This document shows, piece by piece, positions 23,816 to 36,884 of a stretch of 64,000 nt of DNA (positions within the stretch are counted from its first letter, which is position 1; every line of letters begins with the position of its first letter). The position numbers were made by a program, and so were the translations under genes. The notes beneath the pieces are model-generated. The model saw nothing but the letters and a program-made list of their open reading frames with translations. It was not told the DNA's origin and ran no database searches. Location of the stretch: positions 14,260,001-14,324,000 of the forward strand of contig CM126228.1 in assembly GCA_052327205.1 (NCBI GenBank). Direction: 5' to 3'. The stretch is from Somniosus microcephalus. Taxonomy: Eukaryota.

Positions 23816-25604
23816 ACTCCAATACCCAATAATGGCCTCAGACATGACTGTAACTCATAACTCCAACCATCTATTGTTTGCTGTAATATTTATAAATTGC
23901 TTTATTTCCCTTTTCTTTCCACATTGAGCATGTGTGTGTTTGGGAGCTATGCAAAATATCTCCATTATAATGCACTTCTCAATAAGGAGTTACTTTCTGA
24001 AAGAGAAAGAAAGATGACAGTTTAGGGCGGGACCCTTTATCAAGATTGTCCCTGAAACATTAACCGGTTTCTTCTCTTCAACCAACCAGCTGTGCATTTC
24101 TAGCAGTTTCTGTTTTTATTTCATATTTCCAGCATTCACGGTTTTTTGTTTAATTTTTGATGTGTTTACACTTTAGAGATGTCCGGGATGTCTATGTTGA
24201 AATAAGATGGCGGTGACCTCATATGTCACCAGGCATCAGCGCCTGTCCACTCCTTATTTAATCTGTTAACTTAGTTGAAACAATTAAACAAGCCATATTT
24301 GATTAATAAAAATGTACAACTGTTGATCCATTTAAGGGTCTTGTTCACATCAGTACATCTGTAAAAATGGCAACAGGACAAGGGAACTTGCATTGTTGTG
24401 TTGCCTGTGTATGGAAGTATCACTACATTATCCCCCTCACACTCAGTCACACAGAGAGAGTGAGAAGTTTCTGAAGTGACCAGAGGGGACACTCAGAGCT
24501 GAACAGGGCCTCTCCACTGAATAGGCCACAGGGAGACATTGTTCAGTGCACTCTGTTGTCTCACCGTGCTTATGCATGCGTGCATGAGGTGTGATGAGGT
24601 ATCAATTCAGAGGGATCAGTGTGTGCCGCTCTGAAGACATCCATGAATGTGTCAATAGAGAAAAGGGAGAGAGAGTGGGAACAGCGGGGCCCCCTCTCAC
24701 TAATGATTGTCAAGCCTGTCCTTGAACCTCACCGGGCTTCGCTATTCCCAGGCTCTGAACAAGGGCTGAGGTATGCGTGAGCCCAGCTGTGGGGGACGCA
24801 GCTATGGCTGAAGTCAGACAGTTTGACAGGCCCTGCCTTTTCACAGCATAGCACAGGCCCAGGCATATTGCTCCTGGCAACAGCACAGTGCAGTGTCTCT
24901 GAACCAGGCCCTGTCTGAGGCAGAGAAAGCCTCAGCAGAAGGGGTGTAGCCTAACTCTGGCCTCTAATTGCACACAAACTTTGCCGGTTATTATATGAAG
25001 CCAGACAGTGCTCACACACTCTGCATATATAATCAAGGATCATTCAAATGAGGGCCAAGGCTGGTGTAGGCAACACTCTCCCAGTCACAACAGGCAAAAA
25101 TTTCTCCTCATAGTAAACCCATTGTTTCTTCAACTAAAAAAAAATCCATGTTGTCTGAAATAAAGCTATGAATATTTTTTCCTCAACATTTTAACATTAT
25201 TTTGCCCATTTATTTCTAAAAACAATTCTTTACCCCTTTTTATAATTCATATGAGCAACTGCACACTTAAAGGGGCATGGTCTGCATGAAAAAAAAACGA
25301 CCAACACTTTGGGGTAAATGTTACGGTCTCGCACCCTTGGTGCAGAGCTGTGTGCGACAGGAATGCGTACTGGGATTTCAGGTGTGGGTTAATGAACAGA
25401 AAATCATCATTTACCTCCGTGCCTGAGTTCCCGATACACCCTCCCGTTACGAGAAGCTCTGATCAAAGAGTGCTAAATTGTGAAACTTCATATGTTGTTT
25501 GCGATTAGGGGAGGAAAGGAAGAGAAGAACAGGGAGAGCTTCTCGGCGCCACTGAGGTTGCTGCCGCTCCGTATTTGTCTTGTTTTTCTAATATTTCTCT
25601 CACC

Positions 25605-25845
25605 CCCTTTTCACACAGAAGGTAGTTGAAATCTGGAACTCGCTTCCCCCAAGAAGGCTGTGGATACTGGGACAATTGGAGCTTTCAAGACCGAGATCAA
25701 TAGATTTTTGTCAGGTATGGGTGTCAAGGGATGTGGAGTAAAGACAGTTAAATGGATTTGAGGTGCAGATCAGCCATGATCTAATTGAATGACGGAGCAG
25801 GCTCAAGGGGCTGAATGGCCTCCTCCTGTTCCTAATGTTCCTAAT
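25605..25845 (+). mobile_element. CR1 LINE 3' end
   Basis: ttttcacacagaaggtagttgaaatctggaactc...ggctgaatggcctcctcctgttcctaatgttcc. Confidence 0.85.
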
Positions 25846-27914
25846 TAATATGTTTGCTCAACTCTCATTTTTCAGTTCTGAAGAAAGGTCCACAGGGGAA
25901 ACACAGACTGCTTCCTCCACAAGAGTAACAATTCAAGTAGAGACCCTTCATCAGAACCCAGTCCTACCTGAAATGTTATGGTGCCTTTCTCTGTCTCTGA
26001 CCTGTGGTGTATTTACAGCATTTTCTGCTTTTATCCTACAAATAAGTCCACTTTGTAAAGCTGTGCCTTGCTGTGTGAAGTGGCATCTGTGAATCTCCGC
26101 TCGCTTCAAACTTAATGGATACATATTTTAAAGTGTTAGGCCCTTATGCTACCCTGTGGGATACAAACATGTTCCTCTGAAGTTCCTCTCTCCACTGTTT
26201 TGCTGCAGCTCTTAGCCAGTTTCCAGCTAATGTTTAGCAGAGAGAGGGCCTGCAGATGAACGCATTAAGCGTCCGTAAGCTTGCATCCCATGGCGTGATT
26301 TCAAGGCCTGCAGTTTTTACGGTGAATCGTTGCCAATTGCACTTTCCGCCAGGTCGCGCTGGTCGTGCGGTGTGCGTTTCCAGCGCCATCCGGGCATTTT
26401 GTGGCTTTCCCTGGCTGCGCGGTTTTACATGATCGCAGCCGCTGATGACTTCAAAACAGGCTGAGGCAGTGACAAAACCGCTCGGGGTTACACCGGCGAA
26501 ACCACACACACTCGAAGCCTCCTCTGATCTGCACATCGTGTCCTTGAGTTTGAAAAGGGGGCTATTCGGGAGCGACATCAATTTTAAGCCAGTCTCTTTT
26601 AGTGGGGAATGATCTGCTGACCTTCTGAACACTTCTGTCCCATGCTCTAATTTATACTCCATGTCTAGGACACAAAGTTACACAGGCTTTTATAACCTGC
26701 AGTCCTTAATCTGTGCCTGGCCCCAGTGCTCTCTGATTTAATCATCATCAAATCCCTTTGTTTATTGTACTTTCATAGCAATTACTGAGATCCATTCTTT
26801 CTCCACAGCCCCGTGCACTTGAGATTTTTCCAGCGTTACATCTTTGGAGAAAATGATTTTTATTTAACGGAATTTCACATCTCACTGTCCCTCTGGACTC
26901 AGCAAAGGAGATGTTTCATTCTTCTGAAAAATCAAGATGGATCAGATCAATTGAAAGAGTGCTTCTCTTACACAGAAACACATCCTTGTTACAGGAAGGG
27001 TTTTATTTTTTTTCCTCCTCTCTTGTGCAGAGTGAGAACACAAACCATCAGGAAAAAAAAATGCAAGATAAAAGCAAGATTCTTGCCAGAGAGAAAAAAA
27101 AGAGTTGCAGTAACACGCCCAGAAACTCATCCCAGGCATTGAAAAAATCAGCACCGCACCATCACAAAGCACAGCATCAAAGGTTCCTTGTAGCCATTAC
27201 AAAGCCTCGACAACAGCCATTCCTGGGATAATCATGCTTATCTGAAGATTAGGAGTTAGATATGCAGCTGAGGGGAGTCACATGAGTGAGCCCAAGGAAA
27301 TCTACTTTAAACAATCCCTCCACAGGCTTGACCTCTCACTTTGCTGGACCCAGGTTCGGTATGATAGCCCCATTTGAATTTCCGCTTCTCCACTATGACA
27401 CTGCAGCAGGACAGGGCCACACAGTCAGATTATCCTCCAGGAATAATCCCCCCTCCCCATTTCTGGATCGAACTTTTCTTTCTTTTTTTCTGAAAAGAAA
27501 TCTCTATGATTTTTGTGAACCTTCACTGTACAGTGACTGGCTTCCCGTCCAGGTTGGCCATTTTCACAATGTTTCTCACAGACAGGGCCCTATGGCACAT
27601 GTTTCTCAGCTTTATCTTATCCCCTCACCCTCCCCACCTTTTAGGCCTTGTAAAAGGGCAAAGGCGGCAATTCCAATCAGGAAGACAGTGGCCCAACAGC
27701 AAGCTTACAATAAAAAAAAATTGGATCTTGGGAATCAAGTTTTTAACTAAAGGTGGTGATGCTTTCCCTTTGAAATCTATTAAACTGTCAGCCCAATGCT
27801 TGGTTGCATTAAAAACGCAAATGAGGTACCAGGATGCAGTAGCAGAGCGATAGAGTACAAATCAAAAGAGCTTTGAATTATTACACTAGACCTCGGGCAG
27901 CCCCATCTGCAGTA

Positions 27915-28164
27915 CAGGTTGAACCCCGGTAATCCGGCACCCGACGGTCCGGCACCTTCGGTGGTCCGGCACGAATTGAAACCGGCGGTCTTTAGTTTGC
28001 GGAGCAGCCGCTCGGCGGCGCCACCGCTTCCAGCGATACAAACATAATATTGTACCTAATATTGTTATTTTAGGTGTTATTTACCTAACCTTCAGTGGTT
28101 CAGAATTTTCAATGGTCCGGCACCGGCCTTGTCCCGAGGGTGCCGGATTACTGGGGTCCAACCG
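27915..28164. mobile_element. Tigger/pogo-like MITE inserted in a degenerate CR1 fragment
   Basis: TIRs caggttgaaccccggtaatccggcacc / ggtgccggattactggggtccaaccg; TA on both sides (27913-27914, 28165-28166). Confidence 0.85.
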
Positions 28165-29559
28165 TACTGGGTTTTACTCCGGTTACAGACTCATTGAAAG
28201 CTGTTTATTGCCCTTGAAATGAGACAGAGGGAGTAATGACGATGATGCCAAGTATCAGAACTTGCCATCAAAGCAGGTAACATGGTTGTCAAAGTGGAAG
28301 CTTCCTGCAACATTTAAAACAAGGTACTTGTGGATACTTTGAAAGGCATCATCTTCACGGGAAGCCTAGACCACTTGCTTTAAAATTGGAAAGCCCAGGT
28401 GAAGAGGCAAGGCCCACAGTGCAGGAAGCCAGCAAGGTTGCAAAGAGTGGGAGAGAAGAACAGATAAACCAGGAAGTGATAGTTAGATAACACCAAGCTT
28501 GAGTTTTTAAAGCCTGTAGATTGTAGGAAGGAGCGAAGAATAAGGGAGGTGAGAAGTTCCACAATTTTGAGGTCCTAAGATAGAATGAGCTTTCAAACCA
28601 TCCAAAACGATCTTATTGTGTAAATGATAGGCTTACCTGATGTCCCATCACCTTCAACCTTTGGAACCACCCATTTCGTATAATGGGTTGTTATATTTTG
28701 GTAAAGGAGAAAATCCTGGTAACTACATAACTTTAAATCATCTTCACCTGGATTAAACAGTAATCTGCTCAATTTTATTTCGCCCACCTCTTGCTCTAAG
28801 TTACCATGACCATAGATAAGTAATGGGTCAACAGTGTAACTACAGTGGATCCTCCAGTGTCTGTGCTCCAATCGTTCACCTTCCAATTGTCCACCAAGAT
28901 TTTCACCGGAGAAATCATTAACTAATGTCACTCTCCTCCTGTCGACACAAATCAACCTCAAAGCCCAAGAAAGACTAAAGTCAATTTATGTTACTTACTT
29001 TGTACTTGTCTTCAATCCCATGTGGAGGATACTACTGAACCATATGTGTAAGACCAAAATTTGGGGACTCTGGATTATATCTACCCCTTAGTCACTGGGG
29101 TAGGAGCCCCTCCAGTACGGCCAATAATTACAGTTTCTCTAAGCGAAGCCTGACCTTCTATCCAACGCCCGTCAAAATCAGTCATGATCTCGGTTAAAAA
29201 TCACCACACTGCCTGGGTTGTCAGGACCCGTCACATCCATTCAACAGTTGCCCAGCCTCCTGCAACCAGTTCAACTTAGCCTGAAGGAGACAGCCAGAAT
29301 CAACTTTAATTGGATATTTTTTTGTTTCACTTTTATGTTTCACGTATTGGAAGTTCATAAATATCATACACATTGTTAATCGTATATAAAAATGTAAACA
29401 TTTGTGTTGTCCATAAGTTGATATTTGAATGTTTTTTTTGCCAGTGTGAATTTGAACAAAACTATTTAAAAGATGCTCAAAAGTCAGTTTGAATTTCTTT
29501 GCACATCGTGTTGTTAAAAACTGAAATGCTTTGCAGAGAGAAGCTAAAGGAGCACAAGG

Positions 29560-29850
29560 CGTGTACCCAGTCAGAAAGAGGTCTGTGACCCATGAACCAG
29601 GGCATGCCCACTCAGAGAGTGGAGCTGTCCCAGAGAGAGGAGTGTGCCCAGGGAGACAATCATGTCCAGAGAAAAGAGTGTGCCCAGTCAGAAAGAGGAG
29701 AATTGTCAAAGGAAGAAATGCGCCTAGAGAGAGAAGCATGCCCAGAGAGAGAGAGAGAGAGAAGCATGTCAAGAGTAGAGACACAGACAGAAAAAAGAGA
29801 AAGAGTAAAAACAGAGAGAGAAAGAGAGAAAGAAAGAGGGACACAGAGGG
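29560..29850. repeat. Degenerate ~17-20-bp minisatellite (tgtgcccagtcagaaagagg-like) grading into GA-rich sequence
   Basis: Repeated tg(t/c)ccag...ag units; accounts for the overlapping spurious ORFs at 29221-29950. Confidence 0.75.
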
Positions 29851-30083
29851 AAAGATGCCGAGCAGGGCATTTGATTTGAAGCACCAGCAGCATGCTATCC
29901 AGACTGAGGAGCATGATTCAAAGCAACATCATCATTATTTATTAAATTAAATGTAATGCTGGAGGGGCAGCATTTGGGTCTCTACAATTGGCTTCAGTAC
30001 CTTGGGCTATGGAGGGTGGGGAAATAAAACAGTCAGGATTCTCACTCCTGATCATTACACAGTGATCTTTGCTGTAAAGTGAC

Positions 30084-30345
30084 CATAAGAACATAAGAAC
30101 ATAAGAAATAGGAGCAGGAGTTGGCCATTTGGCCCTTCGAGCCTTCTCCACCAATCAATAAGATCATGGCTGATCTTCTACCTCAACTCCACTTTCCCAC
30201 CCTATCCCCATATCCCTTGATTCCCTTAATATTCAAAAATCTATTGATCTCTGTCTTGAATATGCTCAATGACTGATCATCCACAGCCCTCTGGGGATAG
30301 AGAATTCCAAAGCTTCGCAACCCTCTGAGTGAAGACATTTCTTTT
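30084..30345 (-). mobile_element. CR1 LINE 3' end with (cataagaa)n tail
   Basis: cataagaacataagaacataagaaataggagcaggag...; reverse complement of the 3' UTR seen at 34214-34306. Confidence 0.9.
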
Positions 30346-30574
30346 AAAGGCCATTTAAGGACTCAGGTGTTCAATTGTTTATTTCTAGAGTGGTTATTCT
30401 GAGTATCCAGCACAATACAGCTAAGAAATAAATGAGATGACTGAAGGAGATGGCCTTAGCAGTGAAAAGTCCATTGTCCACGCTTCAATTATCCATTTGT
30501 TGAGTTGGAGGGCTATATAGCAATGTATATGAGTAGAAAAGGCTATAACATTCAATCAGACTGCACTCAAATTT

Positions 30575-30925
30575 CAGAAAATGTCATACACCACTCTATC
30601 TCTCATGCTCTCAATCACTTTTCTTGGCAAGTATCCATTCAGCTCTTCCTTAAATTTACCAAGCCTGTCTGCCTCCAAGGTCTTCCTGAGCAGTTCATAT
30701 TGTACATTCACCACCTTCTGTGTAAAGTAATGAAATCTGAACTGTCTGTTCACCTTCCCTGCTCTGAGCTTGAATTTGTGCCCCCTTGTTTTAACTTTCA
30801 TCATCATATTAAATATAAATACTAGGGTCCAGTTTGTCTATAGCTCTCTGGATCTTGGTTACTTCAGTAAGATCTCCCCAAATCTTCTCTTCAAACCTAA
30901 ACATTCCTACTTTCCACAGCCTATC
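30575..30925 (-). mobile_element. Old CR1 fragment
   Basis: KTRGHKFKL...YFTQKVVNV...KFKEELNGYL. Confidence 0.75.
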
Positions 30926-31003
30926 ATCATGGTTCACTCGCCAGAATGTTCACAGAACAAAACTTCAAATGAGACAGGAGTTCAGTTCAGTTACCAGTGT
31001 CAG

Positions 31004-31140
31004 CATCAAGCCCTCCCAGGTCAGGTACAGTGTGGGTTAGATTCAGAGTAAAACTCCCTCTACACTGTCCCATCAAGCTCTCCTAGATCAGGTACAGCAT
31101 GGGTTAGGTGCAGAAAAAAGCTCGCTCTACACTGTCCCAA
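31004..31140 (+). repeat. Two units of a ~65-bp tandem repeat (catcaagc...aggtacagcatgggttag...ctctacactgtccc); reverse copy at ~59365-59470
   Basis: Two aligned units are visible; resembles an abundant shark repeat (from recall). Confidence 0.75.
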
Positions 31141-31173
31141 CCATGCGCCTGAACCTCAACATCAAATAAAAAA

Positions 31174-31272
31174 CATTCTGATGAAAGGTCACCAACCTGA
31201 AACATTAACTCTGTTTCTCTCTCCGCAGATGCTGCCTGACAGAGTATTTCCAGCATTTTCTGTTTATATGTC
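31174..31272 (+). mobile_element. Short Penelope-type repeat carrying a minimal hammerhead-like motif
   Basis: CTGATGA-a-AGGT-cacca-ACCT-GAAAC followed by tctctctccgcagatgctgcctgac...tttccagcattttctg; related copies at ~16255, ~24025, ~25875 and ~37860. Confidence 0.6.
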
Positions 31273-31525
31273 AAAAGAACACTCTCTGCTGCACCAATGT
31301 GACAATTTTTCTATTTTGTGTACCAGCCATCCTTTGGTCTCTGAGTGAGACTGCCAACCTATTGCTAAGTTAGAAGTACAGGGACGGAGTGGGGGAGTGA
31401 GGATATATGGCCCCCCTAGTGTTTTTGGTATGGGTTATGTGCCCCTCTCCAAACCCCTGAATTGCTCCTGATTCACCCCCTCCCCAAACTCTTTGACATG
31501 AATCAGTCATTCATGAAAGAAAGAC

Positions 31526-31720
31526 TTATGAAATAATACTGAGCGGCCTGCTGGTGGCGCTGTCCAAGGAGAGTATAAATACTCAGGCACGGGCCCAGCT
31601 TGCACAGGACATTCTTAACAGGAACTAGTGAAGGACACAACTAGACCTCCATGTTGTAAAACAGTTGATTAAAGCTTTGTTTAATGCTTAGACCAAGTGC
31701 CTAGTAGTTTTCTTACGTCA
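31526..31720 (+). mobile_element. Probable solo LTR (Gypsy-like)
   Basis: ttatgaaata start, ggtggcgctg, TATAAATA, ATTAAA, ends in CA; no clear TSD. Confidence 0.45.
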
Positions 31721-32749
31721 CTCTTTATATGTGGTCGAACCTTTGAGTGTGGGCCCACTAGGAACTGGATTGAAACAGCCCCACACTCATCTGACTTCAG
31801 CAGGTGGCAGAGAGGGGGGACTTTCATCCCATGAAACTGGATTGAAACCCAGGTCCCAGAGATGAAAGGTCGATGTACAACTCACAGCTTTTATTACATG
31901 AACTCCCTAAAGCAATGAACTGAGCAATGGACCGGATACTAAATCGGCGTCGAGATGATTAACTGCACATTGAACATGCCTCCTCCCTCTCAGTCCCATG
32001 GATCATTGGATAACGTTCATTGAATCCGATACCTGGCAGAGCTACTTGTGGCGAAGCAAAATGTCACAGGGGCAGTGCAGGTCTCAGCGGTTAGCAGCAC
32101 AGATCCTGTCACTGGAAAATATCATATACTCTCAATTACCTCACTACCTCTGTGTAGGGGTAGGGGCTGGATGGGGCAAAGACAAAAAGTAACCATATTA
32201 GAAAAATGAAAAAATTGAAATAAAAAAATGTTTCTCTTAATTTGAAAGAAATTCCTGTCTTTGCCAGCATTTCCTACATTACAACAGTGACTACATTTTT
32301 TTTTAAAGTACTTCATTGGCTGTAAAGCGCTTTGGGACATCCTGAGGTCAGAAAAGGCGCTATATAAATGCAAGTGTTTCTTTTCTTTAACACCAAAGTG
32401 TTAGAAAGCAAAACTGCAGTAACAAAAACTGTCCCCCATGACCAGTCCACACAATCCACTTGTAACTTTGTCACGGGTGCATTATGATGTAATATCCCAT
32501 TAATTATCCATTACCCTCTGTTTATTAATGGCAATAGTGCATTCAAAGGGGGGGGGAAGCATTTGACAAATGTTATTTCCATTTTGTTTACAAACACACA
32601 CATAATGGCAAAAAATATTTCTAAAGTGAAACACAAGGGAGGGAGAGAGGGAGTAAGAGCAGGAATCATAGAACATCCCCCCCAAAAATCAGTCAGAATG
32701 GTGATTAAAAATCTCTACCTACCAATAGTGCAAAGAACATCTTAAAACT

Positions 32750-33525
32750 AGGTACAGCAGCTCATACAGGCCATTTGTCCCATCAAGGCCAAAGCAGTGT
32801 TTTTCTCCGCAAGCAACCTCGTCTACTCCCATTCACTGCCTCACTCCCTATACCAATTAATGTTCCTCTTTTTCATGTAGCTATCTAGTTCCCTTTTGAA
32901 AGAATTTATCGAATCTGCTTCAACAACAGTTTGTGGTAGAGAATTCCATGTTCAAACAGCCCTCTGTGGAAAGAAATTCTTTCTAACTTTTCCTTTAATT
33001 CTTTATGTGAGTATTTAAAATTTGTGACCTCTTATTACAGTCTCACTGACCAGTGGAAACAATCTATCACTAATTAGCTTATCATAACCCCTTTATCACT
33101 TGACCTCAGCTCCAATTAAAAAAAAATCCTAATCTCTCAAGTCTCTCTTCATAACTTAAAATAATGAAGGGGTTCGATGGATAGGCATGGAGAAGATCTT
33201 TCCACTTGTGGGGAGTCCAAAAATAGAGGCCATAAATATAAGATAGTCACTAATGAATCCAATAAGGAATTCTGGAGAATCTTCTTTCCTCAGAGAGTGG
33301 TGAGAATGTGGAATTCGCTATCACATTGAGTGATTGAGGTGAATAGCATAGATGAATTTATGGGGAAGCTAGATAAGTACATGAGGGAGAAAGAAGTAGA
33401 AGATTATGCTGATAGGGTGAGATGAAGTAACTAGAGTGGGAGGAGGCTCATGTGGAGCATAAACGCCAACATAGACCAGTTGGGCCAAATGGCCTGTTTC
33501 TGTGCTGTAAATTCTATGTAATCCC
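32750..33525. mobile_element. Two abutting CR1 3' fragments in opposite orientation (minus ~32750-33158, plus ~33159-33525)
   Basis: Both carry FFxQRV/WNSL-type remnants and CR1 3' UTRs that point outward. Confidence 0.8.
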
Positions 33526-33627
33526 ATGTAATGTAATAACTGTAGCCCATCATCCCTGGTAACATAGAATCATAGAATGATGCAGCACAGAAGGAAGCCA
33601 TTTGGCCCATTATTCCTGTGCCAGCTC

Positions 33628-34306
33628 TGCAGGTGCAGCAGGCGGTTAAGAAGGCAAATGGTATGTTGGCCTTCATAGCGAGAGGATTCGAGTACAGGAA
33701 CAAGGATGTCTTGCTGCAGTTATACAGGGCCTTGGTGAGACCACACCTTGAGTACTGTGTGCAGTTTTGGTCACCTTATCTGAGGAAGAATATTCTTGCC
33801 ATGGAGGGAGTGCAGCGAAGATTCACCAGACTGATACCTGGGATGGCAGGAATGACGTATGAGGAGAGATTGGGTCGATTGGGCTTATACTCGCTGGAGT
33901 TTAGAAGAATGAGAGGGGATCTCATTGAAACTTATAAAATTCCAACAGGACGAGACAGACTAGATGCAGGAAGGCTGTTCCCGATGGTGGGGGAGCCCAG
34001 AACCAGGGGTCACAGTCTAAAGATAAGGGGTAAGCCATTTAGGACAGAGATGAGAAGGAATTTCTTCACCCAGAGAGTGGTGAACCTGTGGAATTCTCTA
34101 CCACAGAAGGCAGTTGAGGCCAATTCATTAAATATATTCAAGAAGAAGTTAGATATATTTCTTAAGGCTAAAGGGATCAAGGGATATGGGGAGAAAGCAG
34201 GGACAGGGTACTGAATTTGGATGATCAGCCATGATCTCATTAAATGGCGGAGCGGGCTCGAGGGGCCGAATGGCCTACTCCTGCTCCTATCTTCTATGTT
34301 TCTATG
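33628..34306 (+). mobile_element. Young 5'-truncated CR1 with an uninterrupted ORF2 C-terminus (ORF to 34214), nested in an older minus-strand CR1 (33563-34650)
   Basis: QVQQAVKKANGMLAFIARGFEYRNKDVLLQLYRALVRPHLEYCVQFWSP...WNSLPQ; (ttctatgt)n tail; the host CR1 resumes across tgca...tgcaagagctagcc. Confidence 0.95.
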
Positions 34307-36884
34307 CAAGAGCTAGCCAATTAGTCCCACTCCCCTGCTCTTTCCCCATAGCCCTGAACATATTTCCCCTTTAAGTATTTATCCAATTTCCTTTTGAAAG
34401 TTATTACTGAATCTGCTTCCACTACCCTTTCAGGCAGTGCTTTCCAGATTATAACAACTCGCTGCTTGAACATTTTTTCCTCATGTCGCCTCTAGTTCTT
34501 TTGCCAATTACCTTAATTATGCGTCCTCTAGTTACTGACCCTTCTGCCACTGGAAACAGTTTCTCCTTATTTACTCTATCAAAACCCTTCATGATTTTGA
34601 ACATCTATATCAAATCTCCCCTTAACCTTCTCTGCTCGAAGGAGAACATCCCAGTGAAGTTATGCTGGATCGTTTCCATTTCAACAACAACAACAACTTG
34701 CATTTATCTAGTGCCTTTAACATGGCAAAACATCACAGAAGTGTGATCAGACAAAAATTGAGACCGAGCCAAAGAAGGAGCTATTAGGATGGGTGGCTAA
34801 AAGCTTGGTCAAAGAAATAGGTTTTAAGGAGTGTCTTAAAGCCTATAATGCCCAAAACCATACACAATACTCAAACTGCAGCCTAAAACCTTGTACTTGT
34901 TTAATTTACCTTCTTGCCTCTAGATATAAAACCAAGGCTTCTGTTTACCTTTCAATGACCTTATCTACTTGCCCTGCCATCTTTAATGAGGGCGAAGAGG
35001 AGGAGGACAGAAGGCGTGCACAGTAGACAAGTCTTAGACCAGAAGAACTATAAAAAAAATAAAGCAACACAAATATATTTAGTGAATGTGTTTGGTTCAA
35101 CATATGTAAGGTTCGCGGTTGAATAACATGCATTAAAAATTCAATAATATTAACACTTAATCATTAAATTAAAAGTGAAAATAGAAAATCCATGTGTCTC
35201 AGTGACAGATTCTGCAGCCCGTCTGTGCAGACTGGCTCCTAGTTTATCATGTCTCCCTCTGTTTGACATATGCCCTGTCAGCCTGATGCCAGCACTGTCT
35301 GTCTGCCCGAGAGAGGCCCTGCACTTGATTTTTCCCTGCGGCCGGCACAGCTCCTGCTGCAGAAAGCCCAAGTTCGGCCTCCATCACATTGGAGATGACG
35401 ATTCTAGAATGGGAGCCTCGTGGAATTCATCCCTTCACAACATTGGGCTATGGTAGCAAGAATAAATCAAGCTTGTTTTGTTACTTGTGCAACCTTTTGA
35501 TAATCACAGGCTGACTGTTTAAATATGGCGATGGACTGTGCTGCACCGATGTCAATCATATCTTGCTCACTCCCCTTTCAGCTCATTCCCTGTGTATCTT
35601 TCCTGCTGTTCCTCTCATTTTTGCTTTGTTTGAATAGATCATTATTTTCATTCTCTCTCCCTCACTCTTCTGGCTCTGATGCTCTCAATGGTCCTGTCCC
35701 TCAATCTGCCTGTCTCTGATCATTGGCTCATCGGTCTCTGCCTGTTACACTACATGTCTATTTGACTTTACACCTTCCTTAGTACCTTTCTGTCCCACTC
35801 TCATTCTCTAAGTATTTTTCCAACTGTGTTTTTTTTCTCCTGAATATTCAGCTCATCCCACCCCCTTCATAGAGGGCATTCCATTGAGCTGATCTACTTA
35901 ATGTTCCTGAAGGCCTGTGTGGGATATTATGAATGGTACAGGTGCTTGTTTTCCCTCCCTAACCCAGGGATGCGGGGGTTAAAAGTAGCAGCCCTACTGT
36001 TGCCCTGACAGATCAGGAAACTCAACACAGACCAAGGACAGAACATGGGGGTCTTTTTGGTTTGTATGGCTCAGTACCACAGTAAGCGGTGCATTTACTC
36101 ACTGAGCTGTCGGGACAACCGTCTCTATTTTAAAGAAGATGTTTATTTTTTTTAATGATGCTGCTGAGTTGAAACAAACAGATTCAACGAAAATTGCTCT
36201 TTTTAAGAGGGCAAGTAAAATCTCGCCGTTCTGCCAATCTCAGACCAGAGACATGAGTTGCCTCTTTGCCAGTTGTATTGTGCCCATCTGAATCCCATTT
36301 AGGGTACAGAAGGGTAGCAGATTAGTGCACACTCAGAGTTATGAGACCTGACTGGAATACATTTGCTGCAGAATTGCTTTTAAACTGACATATGGGACGT
36401 GGGAGAGTTTTTTTTTAAACTCTGCACTGTCGTCGCAATAAATTAATTTGCTTTGTTCCCTGGGTGCATTTGGAATCAAACGAGCCATAAATTCAGAAAG
36501 GACTTTAAATTTATTACTGGGGGAGTAAATGGGGATTCTATCCCTCTTTCTCGTGCACTCTCTCTCTTTCTACATCCATCTTGTTTGCTTGTAGACCTAT
36601 TTTCTGTGACTATTTTATAAATGATGCTCCTACATTTCACAAAGGACTTTTATAGAATTCTCATTTTTACCATTTCAAAGAAGTGCAGAAAGAAGCAGCC
36701 ACCGGTTCTTTTGTTAATGATGTTTTCATATTTAAATATCAACACAAATCATGAAATGATAAAACACAATACTACGGGGCACCCTGTGTTAGACGTTCTA
36801 AAAAGAAATGTTAAAATTCCACAAAGTTCTATGATGCCTGGTGCTGGAGTGGTTAACGTTCAAGTACATTGTTATATATTTGTG

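Noticed and set aside
29221-29950. Overlapping ORFs of 84-207 aa
   Set aside because: Produced by GA-rich minisatellite and microsatellite sequence.
33618-34214. 198-aa ORF as a host gene
   Set aside because: It is the C-terminus of CR1 ORF2 in a 5'-truncated insertion.
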